From the NCBI GenBank assembly GCA_023957375.1, contig JAMLHB010000001.1, positions 1,154,245 through 1,218,244 on the forward strand: a DNA stretch of 64,000 nt, written 5' to 3'. A model generated the notes under the pieces. That model saw nothing but the letters and a program-made list of their open reading frames with translations. It did not search any database and was not told the origin of the DNA. This document shows, in pieces, positions 19,877-30,658 of this stretch. This stretch comes from Flavobacteriales bacterium (GTDB taxonomy: Bacteria; Bacteroidota; Bacteroidia; Flavobacteriales_F; PHOS-HE28). The number at the start of each line of letters is the position of its first letter. Position 1 is the stretch's first letter. Made by a program: the position numbers and the translations under genes.

Positions 19877-22800
19877 TCAGGGCTTCTTCCGGCGGAACAT
19901 CCGGCCCAATTTGTGGAAAAACTCCTTCCAGGTATTGAATTCCTGGCGATAGGCCAACCCCACCCCTTGGGTGGTGTGTGCCTGGTCCACCATGTTCAGG
20001 TTGCGGTCATTGCTTTGGCTGAACGCCTTGAAGCGGAGCCTGCCATCCTGGGTGATGCTGTATTCCGCGGAAAAATCGCCGATCAGCGAATTGGCTCCCT
20101 GGGCGGTGCCGCCGGTGCCGTAGGCTACGCCCACATTGGTGTTCAGCTGAAGGCGGTCGTTGAAGATGGCTGTACTGACGGCCACCTCCACTTCATCCTG
20201 CGAGATGGCATCACCGGTGCGCCAGTTCACCCCAAGATCGAGGTTGCTGCTGAACGAACTGAGCCAGTTGCTCACCTGGTTGCTCAGTAGTTCGGTGCCC
20301 GTGGCCGAGGTGGCCCCGCCCAGGCCGCCCCCCTGCGATGAAGCCGTGGCCGCATCACTGGGCAGGAAGCGGTTCAGCACGATCAGCGCGAACACCTGCT
20401 TGTTCAAGTCGTCCGTGGTGGCCAACGCACTGTTCACCTGGGTGCGCACGGCTTCGTCCACCGTGGGCAGTTTCACCTCGAAACCGATGTCGGGGTTCAT
20501 CAGCTTCTGCGACAGGTGCATGTGCACTTCCACGGGGAAGCGTTTCTTGTAGGCCTCGGTGCGCAAGGCCGGGGGAATCACGTCGAACAGGCTGGTGCGC
20601 AACCGGTACACCGCGCCCACGTTGATGATGGCATCGAAGGGGTCCCCGTACCAGGTGATGTGGCCGCCGGGCTCCACGCCGAAGCGCTTGTTCACCAGGT
20701 TGCGCAAGGTGAACAGGTAGTCGCCGTCCACCAGTTCCACGTCGCCGTTCATGCTGAAATCACCGGAGGGCGTCACCGTCATCGCCAAGTTGCCGCTGCC
20801 CCTGCCCCGCATGATGTCGCCCACGGTGGGGTCGAAGATCAGCTCGAAACGGGCCTGCGGGGTGACCGCCACCTTCATGTCCAGCCTGATGCCGCTGAGG
20901 TCCACGTTTTCCTCATGCTGCCGGTCCGTACTGCCCAGTTCGGTGAAGTGCACGAACGGAATGCCTCCCACCTCTTGGCTGGCCCCCAAGGGGAAATGGA
21001 TGTCGGTGCCCTCGCCGGTGGCGGCATCCACGTTGATCTCCAGGTTGTCCGTGTAGCCGCTGATGCCAAGCATCCCGGTAGCGTATGCCTTTCCGTAATA
21101 CAGTTCGTTGTTGTTCGCGTCCGTGTCCAGCACCTTCAGCCCGGCCATGTCCATGTTCACGTCGAAGTTCCAATCCCTGAGGCCGTGATGGATGACCGTT
21201 CCGTTGGCAACGCCCCAATTGCCCTCGTCGTCCAACAGCTTCACCTGGTCGATGGCGAACATGTCGGGCAGGATGTTCACCCGGTGGGTGAAGTGGTAGG
21301 AGGTGTTCAGGTAGTCGATCCGCAAGCCCGCGTCCTCCAGGTCGGCATAGCCGTTGAGCTGCGGTTCATCCAGGCGGCCGGTAACGCTGACCTGGCCACT
21401 GACCTTGCCTTGGATGTTTCCGATGGAGGAGGGCAAATAGGGATCGATGAAGCGCAGGTCGAAGCGGTCCATGCTCAGGCGCAGGGCCAATTGCTGTTCC
21501 GCCCCGGGCTCAATGCGGCCGGTGAAGTCGAATGCGCGCAGATCGCCCCGCTGCAACGATCCGTTCACGTCGATGCTCTTCCCTTCTTCCCTGTAGGTTG
21601 CGGCAAAGCGAAGGTCGCCCACCTGGTGGTTTTCCACGGCCAGGCTGTCCACGCACAGATAGCTCAGCAGGTAGGGTTCGTTGTACAGGTTGAACAACCG
21701 GCCGTCGCCGCTGATCAGGCCGTGCACCACCGGGCCGTTGTACAATGGCTTGAGGTTTTCGCTGCGCACGTCCAACAATTCAAAGGACAGTGCTTGGGCC
21801 GGGTTGCGGCCGATGGTGCCGCCCAAGCCCACGAACTGGTCGCCGTTGTGCAGCACCAAGGTGTCCAGCACGATGGTGGTGCTGTCCACCTGGATGCGTG
21901 CGGTAAGGTCGTTGTGCCAGACGCCCTGGCCCAGGTCCACGCTGCTGGGTTCCAGCTCAATGCTGAAGGATGAAGGCCCCTGCACCAGGGCGTTGAGGTT
22001 GATGGTGCCCTGAACGCCCCCGCTGCTGCCGGCCCACTTGGCGGCGAGGCCCACCTCATCCTGGTAGGCCTTGCCGGTGATGTAAAGGCCACTGAGCGCA
22101 ATGCTGTCCAAAGCCACCTGTCCGATCCCTTCGGCGCTGAAGGCCAGCAGGTCCATGGTTTTGCCCATGGTGAGGTGCAGCGAATCCGCACCAAACCCGC
22201 CAAAGGCGAATGCGGGCAGGCGGGCATCCAGCGCAAGATCGAAGTTGCGGCTGTCGAACCGCCCGGACACCCCGGCCCCGTCGCCCACTTTCATGCCCGG
22301 CAGCACTAGGTCCAACACCGGCTGGGGATGTTTCAGAACGGCCGTGAACGAAAAGTTCTGGGGCTTCTGGTCATATTCCACCTTGGCCGACAGCGAGGGG
22401 AAGACGCTGAACAGGGTGCTTTGCAATGCTTCGGGAAGATGGGTGGGCAGGAAGGGGCCCTGCACTTTCGCATCGGCCACGGTGCTCACCAGCTCCAGCA
22501 CGGGCACGTTGCCGTCGTGACGCGCTTCCAAGGAAATGTCGCCCAGGTCCAGGTCCACGGTATCGTGGCAATAGCTTACCTGCCGCATGTGCAGCCAGCC
22601 CTGCAGGCTGTCAGGCGCCAGCAGGCCCTTGGCGTCCACCCTCATCTGCAGGTCGCTGTATCCCGCCCCCCCGATGAGGCCCAAGGCCCGCAGGTCCATG
22701 CGGTGCACATCGGCAACAAAATCCACCTCGGGCCACCGCCCGCGCAGGTCCGAAAGCCCGTTGAAATCAAGCAACAGCTTCGGGTCGTTGCAGTGTAGTT

Positions 22801-24334
22801 CGCCATTGAAGAGGTTCTTCTCCAGCTTGCCGTTCAGCGCGATGTTGCGGATGGTGTAGTGCTCCAGGCCCAGTTCGGGCACCTCCCCGTCAATCTCGGC
22901 TTCCAACGAGCCGGCATCCCGGCCGTGCACGGACACCTTTACGTCCATGGCGATCCTCCGCAAGGCCGGGCTGCCCAGCACCTGCCCCAGGTCGAACCCG
23001 CCCGTGGCCAACTTCCCCTTGAGGTCGAACATGCCCGAGGTGGTATCGCGCTCGTAGGAGATGTCGCTTTGCACGGTGCCCAGCGCCGTGGAGATCGTGC
23101 CATAGGTGGTGAAGGAATTCATGAACCCGGTGAAGTTCCCGGCGAACGTGATCGGGCCCGCCCGCTGCACTTCTGCCGGCACTTGCAAAGTCCCGCCCCG
23201 CTTGAACGGGGGCATGGGGAGCTGGCCCAGGTCCTTCGGGTCGGCCACCGCGCGTTCAGCATCCAACACGATGAAGGTGTTCGCGAAATCGGGCAGCCCG
23301 GTCATTTCCACATCCCCCTTGAAGTAGGACCTCCCGCCGGTCCGGAGGTCCATGTCCCGGCCTTTCAAGCTGTTCACCCGGCCATTCACTTGGCCGCTGA
23401 GTTCAATGACGTGATCCACCCCTTCGAGGTCCGGGGCGAATAGGGCCACATCGGCGAACTGCAACCGGGAACGGTGGAACCGGCCCTCCATGAACACTTT
23501 GGAGGTGAACTCACTGAAATCATCGTAATCCTTCGTCCGCAGGTCGATGTCGCCGCTGATGTTGCTCCCGGTGCTTCCCATGCGCTGCGGGCCGGTGACC
23601 AAGTGCAGGCCGGTGAACTTCACCCCGGCGGGTGATACACGGGCCTTTCCTTGCAGGGTGTCCACCACCAAGCCACTGTGGTCGGTGAGGCTCAACCCGG
23701 CAAAGGTGAACAGGATCGAATCCCCTGTCACCAGCAGGTCCCGTCCACTGATCTTCGCCGTGGCGATGTCTACGTGGGACAGGTCCACGCCGAAGGGGAT
23801 CGGTGCGTAGTGGTCATCATGGAAGGAGAAGTGGAGTTCCCTGACATCCACCTGCCCGCACCGGACGGTCCATGGCGCGGAGGGCTCTTTCTGCGCCGTC
23901 GGCGCAGCAGACAGCTTGTTGAGCAGCTCCGTGAGGTTGCTGTGCGCTTCATCCGCCGCCCGGGCCAAGGCAAAGCGCGCACGGTGCAGCTCCACGCGGC
24001 GCACTTGTACCAGGTGCCTCTTGGCATGCACCCGCAAGCCCCGCACCCAGATCTCGTCGGCGGCGATCAGCGTATCGCCCTTGAGGTCCTCCACCAGCAC
24101 GCCGTGCAACCTGTTGGGGCCGAAAAGCCTCAGTTCCACGCGCCCGATGCGGAACCGGGCTCCGGTATCCTCGCTGAGCATGGCGGCCAAGCGCTGAGCC
24201 AGCTCGGTTTGCACTACGGGCAGCAGCAAGGCCACCCCGGCGGCGCCCAGCAGCACACACAGCACCAGCACCACGCGGATCACGCGGCGGCTCGTGCGCC
24301 AGGGTCTGATCACCTTGTGTTTTTTACCGGCCAT
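19877..24334 (-). CDS. tamB: translocation and assembly module protein TamB-like (DUF490 family giant protein)
   Basis: 1485-aa ORF with an N-terminal signal-anchor (VIRVVLVLCVLLGAAGVALL), a long beta-rich repetitive body and a conserved C-terminal TamB/DUF490-like region. Confidence 0.7.
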   Translation of the reverse strand: MAGKKHKVIRPWRTSRRVIRVVLVLCVLLGAAGVALLLPVVQTELAQRLAAMLSEDTGARFRIGRVELRLFGPNRLHGVLVEDLKGDTLIAADEIWVRGLRVHAKRHLVQVRRVELHRARFALARAADEAHSNLTELLNKLSAAPTAQKEPSAPWTVRCGQVDVRELHFSFHDDHYAPIPFGVDLSHVDIATAKISGRDLLVTGDSILFTFAGLSLTDHSGLVVDTLQGKARVSPAGVKFTGLHLVTGPQRMGSTGSNISGDIDLRTKDYDDFSEFTSKVFMEGRFHRSRLQFADVALFAPDLEGVDHVIELSGQVNGRVNSLKGRDMDLRTGGRSYFKGDVEMTGLPDFANTFIVLDAERAVADPKDLGQLPMPPFKRGGTLQVPAEVQRAGPITFAGNFTGFMNSFTTYGTISTALGTVQSDISYERDTTSGMFDLKGKLATGGFDLGQVLGSPALRRIAMDVKVSVHGRDAGSLEAEIDGEVPELGLEHYTIRNIALNGKLEKNLFNGELHCNDPKLLLDFNGLSDLRGRWPEVDFVADVHRMDLRALGLIGGAGYSDLQMRVDAKGLLAPDSLQGWLHMRQVSYCHDTVDLDLGDISLEARHDGNVPVLELVSTVADAKVQGPFLPTHLPEALQSTLFSVFPSLSAKVEYDQKPQNFSFTAVLKHPQPVLDLVLPGMKVGDGAGVSGRFDSRNFDLALDARLPAFAFGGFGADSLHLTMGKTMDLLAFSAEGIGQVALDSIALSGLYITGKAYQDEVGLAAKWAGSSGGVQGTINLNALVQGPSSFSIELEPSSVDLGQGVWHNDLTARIQVDSTTIVLDTLVLHNGDQFVGLGGTIGRNPAQALSFELLDVRSENLKPLYNGPVVHGLISGDGRLFNLYNEPYLLSYLCVDSLAVENHQVGDLRFAATYREEGKSIDVNGSLQRGDLRAFDFTGRIEPGAEQQLALRLSMDRFDLRFIDPYLPSSIGNIQGKVSGQVSVTGRLDEPQLNGYADLEDAGLRIDYLNTSYHFTHRVNILPDMFAIDQVKLLDDEGNWGVANGTVIHHGLRDWNFDVNMDMAGLKVLDTDANNNELYYGKAYATGMLGISGYTDNLEINVDAATGEGTDIHFPLGASQEVGGIPFVHFTELGSTDRQHEENVDLSGIRLDMKVAVTPQARFELIFDPTVGDIMRGRGSGNLAMTVTPSGDFSMNGDVELVDGDYLFTLRNLVNKRFGVEPGGHITWYGDPFDAIINVGAVYRLRTSLFDVIPPALRTEAYKKRFPVEVHMHLSQKLMNPDIGFEVKLPTVDEAVRTQVNSALATTDDLNKQVFALIVLNRFLPSDAATASSQGGGLGGATSATGTELLSNQVSNWLSSFSSNLDLGVNWRTGDAISQDEVEVAVSTAIFNDRLQLNTNVGVAYGTGGTAQGANSLIGDFSAEYSITQDGRLRFKAFSQSNDRNLNMVDQAHTTQGVGLAYRQEFNTWKEFFHKLGRMFRRKKP

Positions 24335-24407
24335 GCCACAGGCTTCCGCGCATATCAGCGATCTTCGTGCCTGATCGCGGCCAAATTAACCTTGCCCGTC
24401 CCCTCCT

Positions 24408-25421
24408 GTGCATCCGGTGATCCTCGGTATTGAAAGCTCTTGTGATGAGACCGCCGCCGCAGTCATGGCCGGCGGGCTGCTTCGCTCCAACGTGGTGGCC
24501 TCCCAAGAAGTGCACGCCAAGTGGGGCGGGGTGGTGCCCGAACTGGCCAGCCGCGCCCACCAGGAACACATTGTGCCCGTGGTGCGCGAAGCCTTGGATG
24601 CGGCCGGCATTGCCGTGAAGGACTTGGATGCCGTGGCCTTCACGCGAGGCCCCGGCCTGATCGGCGCCCTGTTGGTGGGGGCCTGCTTCGCGCGGTCCAT
24701 GGCCCAGGCCCTGCGCGTCCCCCTGTTGGCCGTGGACCATGTGCAGGCGCACGTGATGGCCCATTTCATCCGCGATGGCGAAGACCGGCCAAGGCCCTCG
24801 TTCCCGTTCCTCAACCTCACCGTCAGCGGTGGCCACTCCCAATTGGTGCTCGTCCGCTCGCCGCTGGACATGCAGGTGGTGGGGCGCACCTTGGACGATG
24901 CCGCCGGCGAAGCCTTCGACAAGGGCGCCAAGGTGCTGGGCCTGCCCTACCCGGGCGGCCCCTTGGTGGACCGGAATGCCCGTTCGGGGGATGCCCTCCG
25001 CTTCGCCCTTCCAAAACCCGCCATCGAAGGACTGGACCTGAGCTTCAGCGGCATCAAGACCGCGTTCGTTGCCTTGGTGAACCGCGAGGAATTGCGCCAA
25101 CCGGGCTTCAAGGAAACCGAACGCGCCGATCTGTGCGCCTCGCTTCAACATGCCATCATCGACCACCTGATGGCCAAACTGCGGCGCGCCATACGCGAAC
25201 TGGGCGTGAACCAGGTGGGCATTGCCGGCGGCGTGGCTGCCAACAGCGGACTTCGCCTGCGTTTGGCCGAGCTGGGACGCCGGGAAGGAGTGGACGTGTT
25301 CGTGCCGCCCATGGCCTACTGCACCGACAATGCCGCCATGATCGCCATGGCCGGCCACCACCTGCTGGAAGCCGGGCAGTTCGCCCCCCTGGACGTGGTG
25401 CCCGTGCCCCGCACCCATTGA
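24408..25421 (+). CDS. tsaD: tRNA N6-adenosine threonylcarbamoyltransferase
   Basis: ILGIESSCDETAAAV…GPGLIGALLVG… plus the metal-binding HVQAHVMAH motif of Kae1/TsaD. Apparent GTG start. Confidence 0.9.
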   Translation: MHPVILGIESSCDETAAAVMAGGLLRSNVVASQEVHAKWGGVVPELASRAHQEHIVPVVREALDAAGIAVKDLDAVAFTRGPGLIGALLVGACFARSMAQALRVPLLAVDHVQAHVMAHFIRDGEDRPRPSFPFLNLTVSGGHSQLVLVRSPLDMQVVGRTLDDAAGEAFDKGAKVLGLPYPGGPLVDRNARSGDALRFALPKPAIEGLDLSFSGIKTAFVALVNREELRQPGFKETERADLCASLQHAIIDHLMAKLRRAIRELGVNQVGIAGGVAANSGLRLRLAELGRREGVDVFVPPMAYCTDNAAMIAMAGHHLLEAGQFAPLDVVPVPRTH

Positions 25422-25442
25422 CACCGGAACAGTGGACTAACT

Positions 25443-26402
25443 TTGCGCAGCATGACCAATGCACGCTCCCCACTTCTCCTGTCCGGCCTGCTATGCCTGT
25501 CGATGTCGGTCATGGCGCAGGATGCCCGGTTACTGGTGACCGAAGGGGACAGCCTGCTAGCGGCCGCCAGCCCGGCCAAGGCCATGGCCAAATTCAACGC
25601 GGCGGTGCAATTGTCGCCCTCCGCGGATACCTATGCCGCCCGCAGCAGCGGCTGGTACTACATGGGCAAGTACGACAAGTTCCTGGAAGACGTGCGCAAT
25701 GCCTTGGACCGGGACAGCCTGAACGTGCGCGCCAACCACCTGCGTGCACTCCATGCACTGCGCACCAACGACAACCCGGCCGCCATCCACTTTGCCACCC
25801 AAGCCATCGAGGGTAGCGCCAACAAGGAGCAGCACCTGCGCGCCATGATCGTGCGCGGTGAGGCGGAAGCCGCGCTGGGCATGACGGACAAGGCCATTGC
25901 CGACCTCTCGGCCGGGCTGGAAGAATGCCGGCCCGAGGACACCGAGGCAATGAAGATGCTGGCCAGGCTGTTGGATGCGGCCAATGACCCGGCGGGAAGC
26001 CTGGCGATGCTGGAAAAGCTCTGTGAGATGGAACCGGGCGACATCGGCAACTGGAGCAACAGAGGATTTGAACTGATCCGCCTCGAACGCTTTCAGGAAG
26101 CCGTGGACGTGCTGGACCGCGCCCTGAAGCTGGACAAGGACGAACCCGTGGTGCTGAGCAACAAGGCCTACGCCGTGCTCAAGTTGGGACGACCGGACGA
26201 AGCCTTTACCTTGGTGAGCCACAGCCTGCGCTCGGACAAGGCCAATCCGTACGCCTTGCGTACCCGGGCCCTGATCTATTTACGCAAGGGTGAACGCGGG
26301 AAGGCGTGCGACGACCTTACCCTCGCCAAGGCCATGGGCGGCGCACCCGAAGTGGATGCCTTGGTGAAGGAGCATTGCGCCGGCCTGCCCACCAAACCGT
26401 AA
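25443..26402 (+). CDS. secreted tetratricopeptide (TPR) repeat protein
   Basis: Signal peptide (LLLSGLLCLSMSVMAQ) followed by repeated TPR-like helix pairs. Confidence 0.65.
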   Translation: MRSMTNARSPLLLSGLLCLSMSVMAQDARLLVTEGDSLLAAASPAKAMAKFNAAVQLSPSADTYAARSSGWYYMGKYDKFLEDVRNALDRDSLNVRANHLRALHALRTNDNPAAIHFATQAIEGSANKEQHLRAMIVRGEAEAALGMTDKAIADLSAGLEECRPEDTEAMKMLARLLDAANDPAGSLAMLEKLCEMEPGDIGNWSNRGFELIRLERFQEAVDVLDRALKLDKDEPVVLSNKAYAVLKLGRPDEAFTLVSHSLRSDKANPYALRTRALIYLRKGERGKACDDLTLAKAMGGAPEVDALVKEHCAGLPTKP

Positions 26403-26474
26403 CTGCCACAACCACTGCGTGCACAAGCCCCTGCCAGCAAATTCGTAGTATTGGCACCCGATCAAAAAAATAAC

Positions 26475-27266
26475 ATGAACCTGCTTTGCCCCACCGACCT
26501 GAGCTTGGCGGCTGACATTGCCCTGAGCTATGCCGGACACATTGCTAAACATGCTTCCGGTGAGATCACCCTGTTCCATGCACTGGCCAAGAAAGAGGCG
26601 GCACCCGACGATACCGTCTTGGGCAAGGCCCATGAGGCGAACCTGGGGCAGTTGGCCACTGCAGGCGTGAAGGTGCACCAAGTGCTGCGGGCAGGTCCCT
26701 TCATGAAGGAGATCGCCGCCGAATCCGCCAAGGGCCACAGCTTGGTGGTGATGGGCACCCATGGTGTGCGCAGCCTGCGGCAGGAGATCCTGGGCTCCGA
26801 CATGCTCCGGTTGGTACGCTCCGTGGCCGCTCCTTCGTTGGTGGTGCAAGCCTATTCGCCCCGCCAGGTGCGGATGAAGAAGATCCTGATGCCCGTGGCC
26901 GCACATGACGACATTTCGCCCCTGCTGACCACGGTTTGCACCTTGGCCAGATCTTGCGGCTCCGAAGTGGAGGTCTACCAGCAGCTGGTGGAGGGGCAAT
27001 CCACCAGCAACCAGCTCCTGCTAAACAAGCAGCAGATGCTGCAGCGCCTGAAGAAGGAAGGCATTCCCTACAAGGAGGTGAATGAGCCGGTGGAGAAGTT
27101 CTACGAGGGCTTCGTGTTGCGCACCATCCGCTACGCGCGCAACAACAACGTGGATTGCATCGCCATCATGGCACAAGCCAGCGGCGAGCACAAGAAGATC
27201 GCTGACAAGGAAAAGCAGGAACTGCTCACCAACGAGCTGGGCGTGCCTGTGCTGTGCGCGGTGTAG
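26475..27266 (+). CDS. universal stress protein (tandem UspA domains)
   Basis: Two Usp modules, each ending in the G-x2-G-x9-G-S/T ATP-binding pattern (…VVMGTHGVRSLRQEILGS…, …IAIMAQASGEHKK…). Start taken at MNLLCPTD. Confidence 0.75.
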   Translation: MNLLCPTDLSLAADIALSYAGHIAKHASGEITLFHALAKKEAAPDDTVLGKAHEANLGQLATAGVKVHQVLRAGPFMKEIAAESAKGHSLVVMGTHGVRSLRQEILGSDMLRLVRSVAAPSLVVQAYSPRQVRMKKILMPVAAHDDISPLLTTVCTLARSCGSEVEVYQQLVEGQSTSNQLLLNKQQMLQRLKKEGIPYKEVNEPVEKFYEGFVLRTIRYARNNNVDCIAIMAQASGEHKKIADKEKQELLTNELGVPVLCAV

Positions 27267-27276
27267 GGCTGCGGCG

Positions 27277-28420
27277 CTACCCCCCGCTGAACTCCCCGGC
27301 CAGCATCTCCGCCTGCCGCAGCACCAGCTCCGTGGCCAGCTTCTGCATATCGGGAGGATAGCCGAAGTGCCGCAGTGTCCGCTTCACGATCACCTTCAGC
27401 TTCGCCTTCACGCTCTCCTTGATCGTCCAGTCGATACTGGCGTTCTGGCGCACGCGCTCGGTGAGGACCACGGCCAGTTCGCGGAGCTTCTCCTGTTGCA
27501 TCAGCTCCTTGGCGCTGTCATTGTTCGCCACGGCGGTGTAGAAGGCGTACTCGTATTCGCTGAGACCCATATCGGCGGCCTGCTTGTCGCCGGCGGTGAT
27601 CTCCTTGCTCACCTTGATCAGCTCCTCGATCACTTCGGCGGCGGTAAGGATCTTGTTGTGGTAGCGCTTGATGCTGTCCTCCAGCATGTCCATCAGTGAT
27701 CGGCTCTGCACAATGTTGGTGCGGGCGCGGGCCTTGATCTCGTCGTTCAGCAGCTTCTTTAGCACCTCGATGGCCACGTTCTTGTGCGCCATGCCTTTCA
27801 GCTCCAGAAGGAACTCATCGCTGAGCACGGAGATGTCCGGCTTCTTGATGCCTGCCGCGTCGTAGACGTCAATGACCTTCTCGCTCACGAGCGCTTGATC
27901 GATGACCTGCCGGATGGTGGTCTCCAATTCCTCATCGGTGCGACCGCTGCCGGTGCTGTCGAACTTCACGAGGCGGGCTTTCACGGCTTGGAAGAAGCCG
28001 ACCTCGTCCTTCACATCCATCGCCTGGTCGTGCGGGATGGCGATGGCGAAGGACTTGGACAGTGCAGTGACCTCGTTGATGTAACGGCGCTTGCCGTCCT
28101 CCAGACCCAGGATGTGCTCTTCGGCGCCGAGGATCATCGAGAGCTTCGTCGCCGTGTCCGCTCGGAAGTATTCCTCGTAGGGGAAGCCGCTGTACATGTT
28201 CGCCACCACCTCCAACTTCTCCAGCATCAGTGCCACGGCTTGTTCTTGCGCGATCGTTGGGTCGCCCTTACCGCCCGCATCGGAGTAGAACGAGAGCGCC
28301 TTCTTCAGGTCGGTTGCGATACCGAGGTAGTCCACCACCAGGCCGCCGGGCTTGTCCTGGAACACGCGGTTCACACGGGCGATGGCCTGCAGCAGGGCAG
28401 GGAAGAGCAGTGCGCCAAAG
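27277..28420 (-). pseudogene. truncated duplicate of the type I restriction enzyme R-subunit (hsdR) C-terminal ~380 codons
   Basis: The translation is collinear with the last 381 aa of the intact hsdR at 44212–47439. Nucleotide identity looks essentially complete over the 3'-terminal ~450 bp, then drops to roughly 85–90%. The N-terminus carries 37 unrelated residues (MKGICS…MKKLLPLAFGALLFPALLQ) before the join at AIARVNRVF. Confidence 0.85.
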
Positions 28421-28501
28421 GCGAGGGGTAAGAGCTTTTTCATGGGTTTGGGGTTTGTGTTGGTCATCGAGTTTGGTTTGGATGAAAAAATTGCGGTTTG
28501 C

Positions 28502-30157
28502 TCAATTCCTGGAGTAGAGCAGATACCCTTCATTCCGATGGACGAGGTGAGGGAACCAACGTCCGCGTTCGGGGTACTTCTCCGCCTCGCTTCGGCGAAT
28601 GAGCAAGTAGGTCACATCGTATGCTTGCAGCAGGCTGTCCATTTCAGGTGCAGGGGCCTCCAAGCCGGCGAACATTCCTGCTCTGGCCTGCTCGCGAGGC
28701 GCGGGGAGCACGTACGGATTCGCCATGGATGCGTTGGTGGCCACGGTCTTGCGGGCGGAGGCCATGAGGACCCGCATGGAGAGTTCGTCATCACAGAGCA
28801 CCACGGCTTCCCAAGGAAGTTGGTCCCGCATGAAATAGCACATGTCCGTTGCACCGGTGTCGGCCATTCGCAACAGGCACCGTTGCCGGGTGAGGACCAG
28901 GTCGGGCCGGTTGGCATAGGCAGGATATGCAAAGGCGGTTTGAACAAGGATCAGGGCCCCGAGGGTGAAGGTGGTCCTGGTCGTGGTCACTTGCGCATCT
29001 TCCGTGCGCTGTGGATACTGCCATGCACGCTTCACGGAAACCACCACGATATGAGCGAAGCCGATCGCCAATGCCGCCTTCAGGTAGAAGTAGAAGTGGA
29101 AGGTCGGTACCGCTGTGGGCAGCTTGATGCCATAATGCACGCCCAGTGTGACGGCCATGTACCCGAAAAAGCCGAAGAACAGGCACAGGAGGACCCATGA
29201 TCGCATCACCACCCGTGAAGCCTGCCCCTTGCCCCGGAACAGCCCCACCACCCCGATCACCGCTATCAGATTGAACAGTGAAGCGTTGTGGAAGAGGAAC
29301 AATTCCCAATTGCGCAGGGAAAGGGGCGTATAGGTATAGGCCGTCGGAATGCGGTTCACCTGGTCCAAACCATAGTGCCCGACCACATACCAGGTAAGCG
29401 GTAACGTGATGATGATGAACGCGGCAGCCGAAGCGAGCACGCATTTGATATGTGCACGGACCCCTGCACGATCCCCTGTGCGCCATGCCGTGACCATCGC
29501 GAAGATCAGGTGGAACGCCACCGTGCCCACCAAGATCATGGCAGGTGCGGCATGTGCGAGGAACAGGACACCCGCACCGGCGCCCATCCCCATCCATACC
29601 GGCCAGGCCGAGTAACGGAAGGAATGATGCAGCGCGATCACCAGAAGGTAGAACAAGCCCTGTGAGAACATCATCGGCAGGAGCCAGGGTGAGTAGGTGG
29701 CGATCGCCCAGCCCGGCTCCTGGCCAGGCAGCAGGAAGAGCAGCGCCCACAACGCCACGACGGCGACCAAGGGCTTGAACAACCGCCACACCATGAGAAA
29801 GAAGGCGATGGGGCCCAGCAGATTGAGGAAGGCCCCGGCCCGGGCCTGAAATACCTGAATGGAAACACCGGTGGCCTTCACGGCCAATGCCTCCATGGAG
29901 AATACGAGCGGAGTGAACCACATGACCTCATCGCGATACAAGGGATCCTCTCCGTAGTGTCCGTCCAGGATGCTCTGCGCGAACGAGGCGTCCCGGTCAA
30001 AGTCCACATAGGGTGGCCAGGTGAGGTCGCTGGTGGCCCGATGGCCGCCGGCGAACGCCAGGGCGATCAGGAATACGGCCAGAGCGGTGCAGATCAGGGA
30101 TCGCCGGTCCCGTCCGGAGTTCCTCGCTTGGGCCGGGTGAAGGTTGGACCGCTTCAT
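28502..30157 (-). CDS. polytopic membrane protein (GT-C/ArnT-like fold suspected)
   Basis: 551-aa ORF with more than 10 predicted TM helices and good coding bias. No catalytic motif confidently recognised. Confidence 0.5.
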   Translation of the reverse strand: MKRSNLHPAQARNSGRDRRSLICTALAVFLIALAFAGGHRATSDLTWPPYVDFDRDASFAQSILDGHYGEDPLYRDEVMWFTPLVFSMEALAVKATGVSIQVFQARAGAFLNLLGPIAFFLMVWRLFKPLVAVVALWALLFLLPGQEPGWAIATYSPWLLPMMFSQGLFYLLVIALHHSFRYSAWPVWMGMGAGAGVLFLAHAAPAMILVGTVAFHLIFAMVTAWRTGDRAGVRAHIKCVLASAAAFIIITLPLTWYVVGHYGLDQVNRIPTAYTYTPLSLRNWELFLFHNASLFNLIAVIGVVGLFRGKGQASRVVMRSWVLLCLFFGFFGYMAVTLGVHYGIKLPTAVPTFHFYFYLKAALAIGFAHIVVVSVKRAWQYPQRTEDAQVTTTRTTFTLGALILVQTAFAYPAYANRPDLVLTRQRCLLRMADTGATDMCYFMRDQLPWEAVVLCDDELSMRVLMASARKTVATNASMANPYVLPAPREQARAGMFAGLEAPAPEMDSLLQAYDVTYLLIRRSEAEKYPERGRWFPHLVHRNEGYLLYSRN

Positions 30158-30591
30158 GGTTCCATGGTTTCAAGGGTGAATTCCTCCAGGTCATCTGTTC
30201 CGGGCTGGTTCCTCCAGAACAGCTTGGGGCCGGTCCATCCGAGGTATCCCCGGATGCGACGGTCCAGCTCCGGCACATCGGAGCGGACCCAGCCTTCGGC
30301 ACGGTCCCATGTCCAGGTTCCCTCCAGGTCGAAGGCACCACCGGGCCCGCTGGTGCGTAGCCGGCCATCCGGGTGCAGTTCCACGGTGGCCGGTGCTTCC
30401 GTGTCCTGGAACAGGAGGGGCAGCTCCATTCGGTACGACCCCGCTACTTGTTCCCGGTCCAGCCGCGCGTGGGAGTGGTGGATCGCCAGCACGGCGAGCA
30501 GCACAAGGAGCACAAGCCCGCCAAGCTGGATGGCGATGATCTGCATTCGGGAGGATGTTGGCATGTTCATTTGGGTGGTCCGGTTCGTCAA
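30154..30591 (-). CDS. small membrane-anchored hypothetical protein
   Basis: A single N-terminal TM (IIAIQLGGLVLLVLLAVLAI) followed by a soluble domain. ATGA overlap with the downstream membrane-protein gene. Confidence 0.4.
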   Translation of the reverse strand: MTNRTTQMNMPTSSRMQIIAIQLGGLVLLVLLAVLAIHHSHARLDREQVAGSYRMELPLLFQDTEAPATVELHPDGRLRTSGPGGAFDLEGTWTWDRAEGWVRSDVPELDRRIRGYLGWTGPKLFWRNQPGTDDLEEFTLETMEP

Positions 30592-30658
30592 AATGATCGG
30601 TCGGTGTTACGCTTCGGGCGTGCATGGCAACCCGTGATCGGGATCCAGGCGGCTTGCC

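Noticed and set aside
20516-24433. Multiple 150–485-aa plus-strand ORFs inside tamB
   Set aside because: Shadow ORFs of a 4.4-kb high-GC gene. No motifs.
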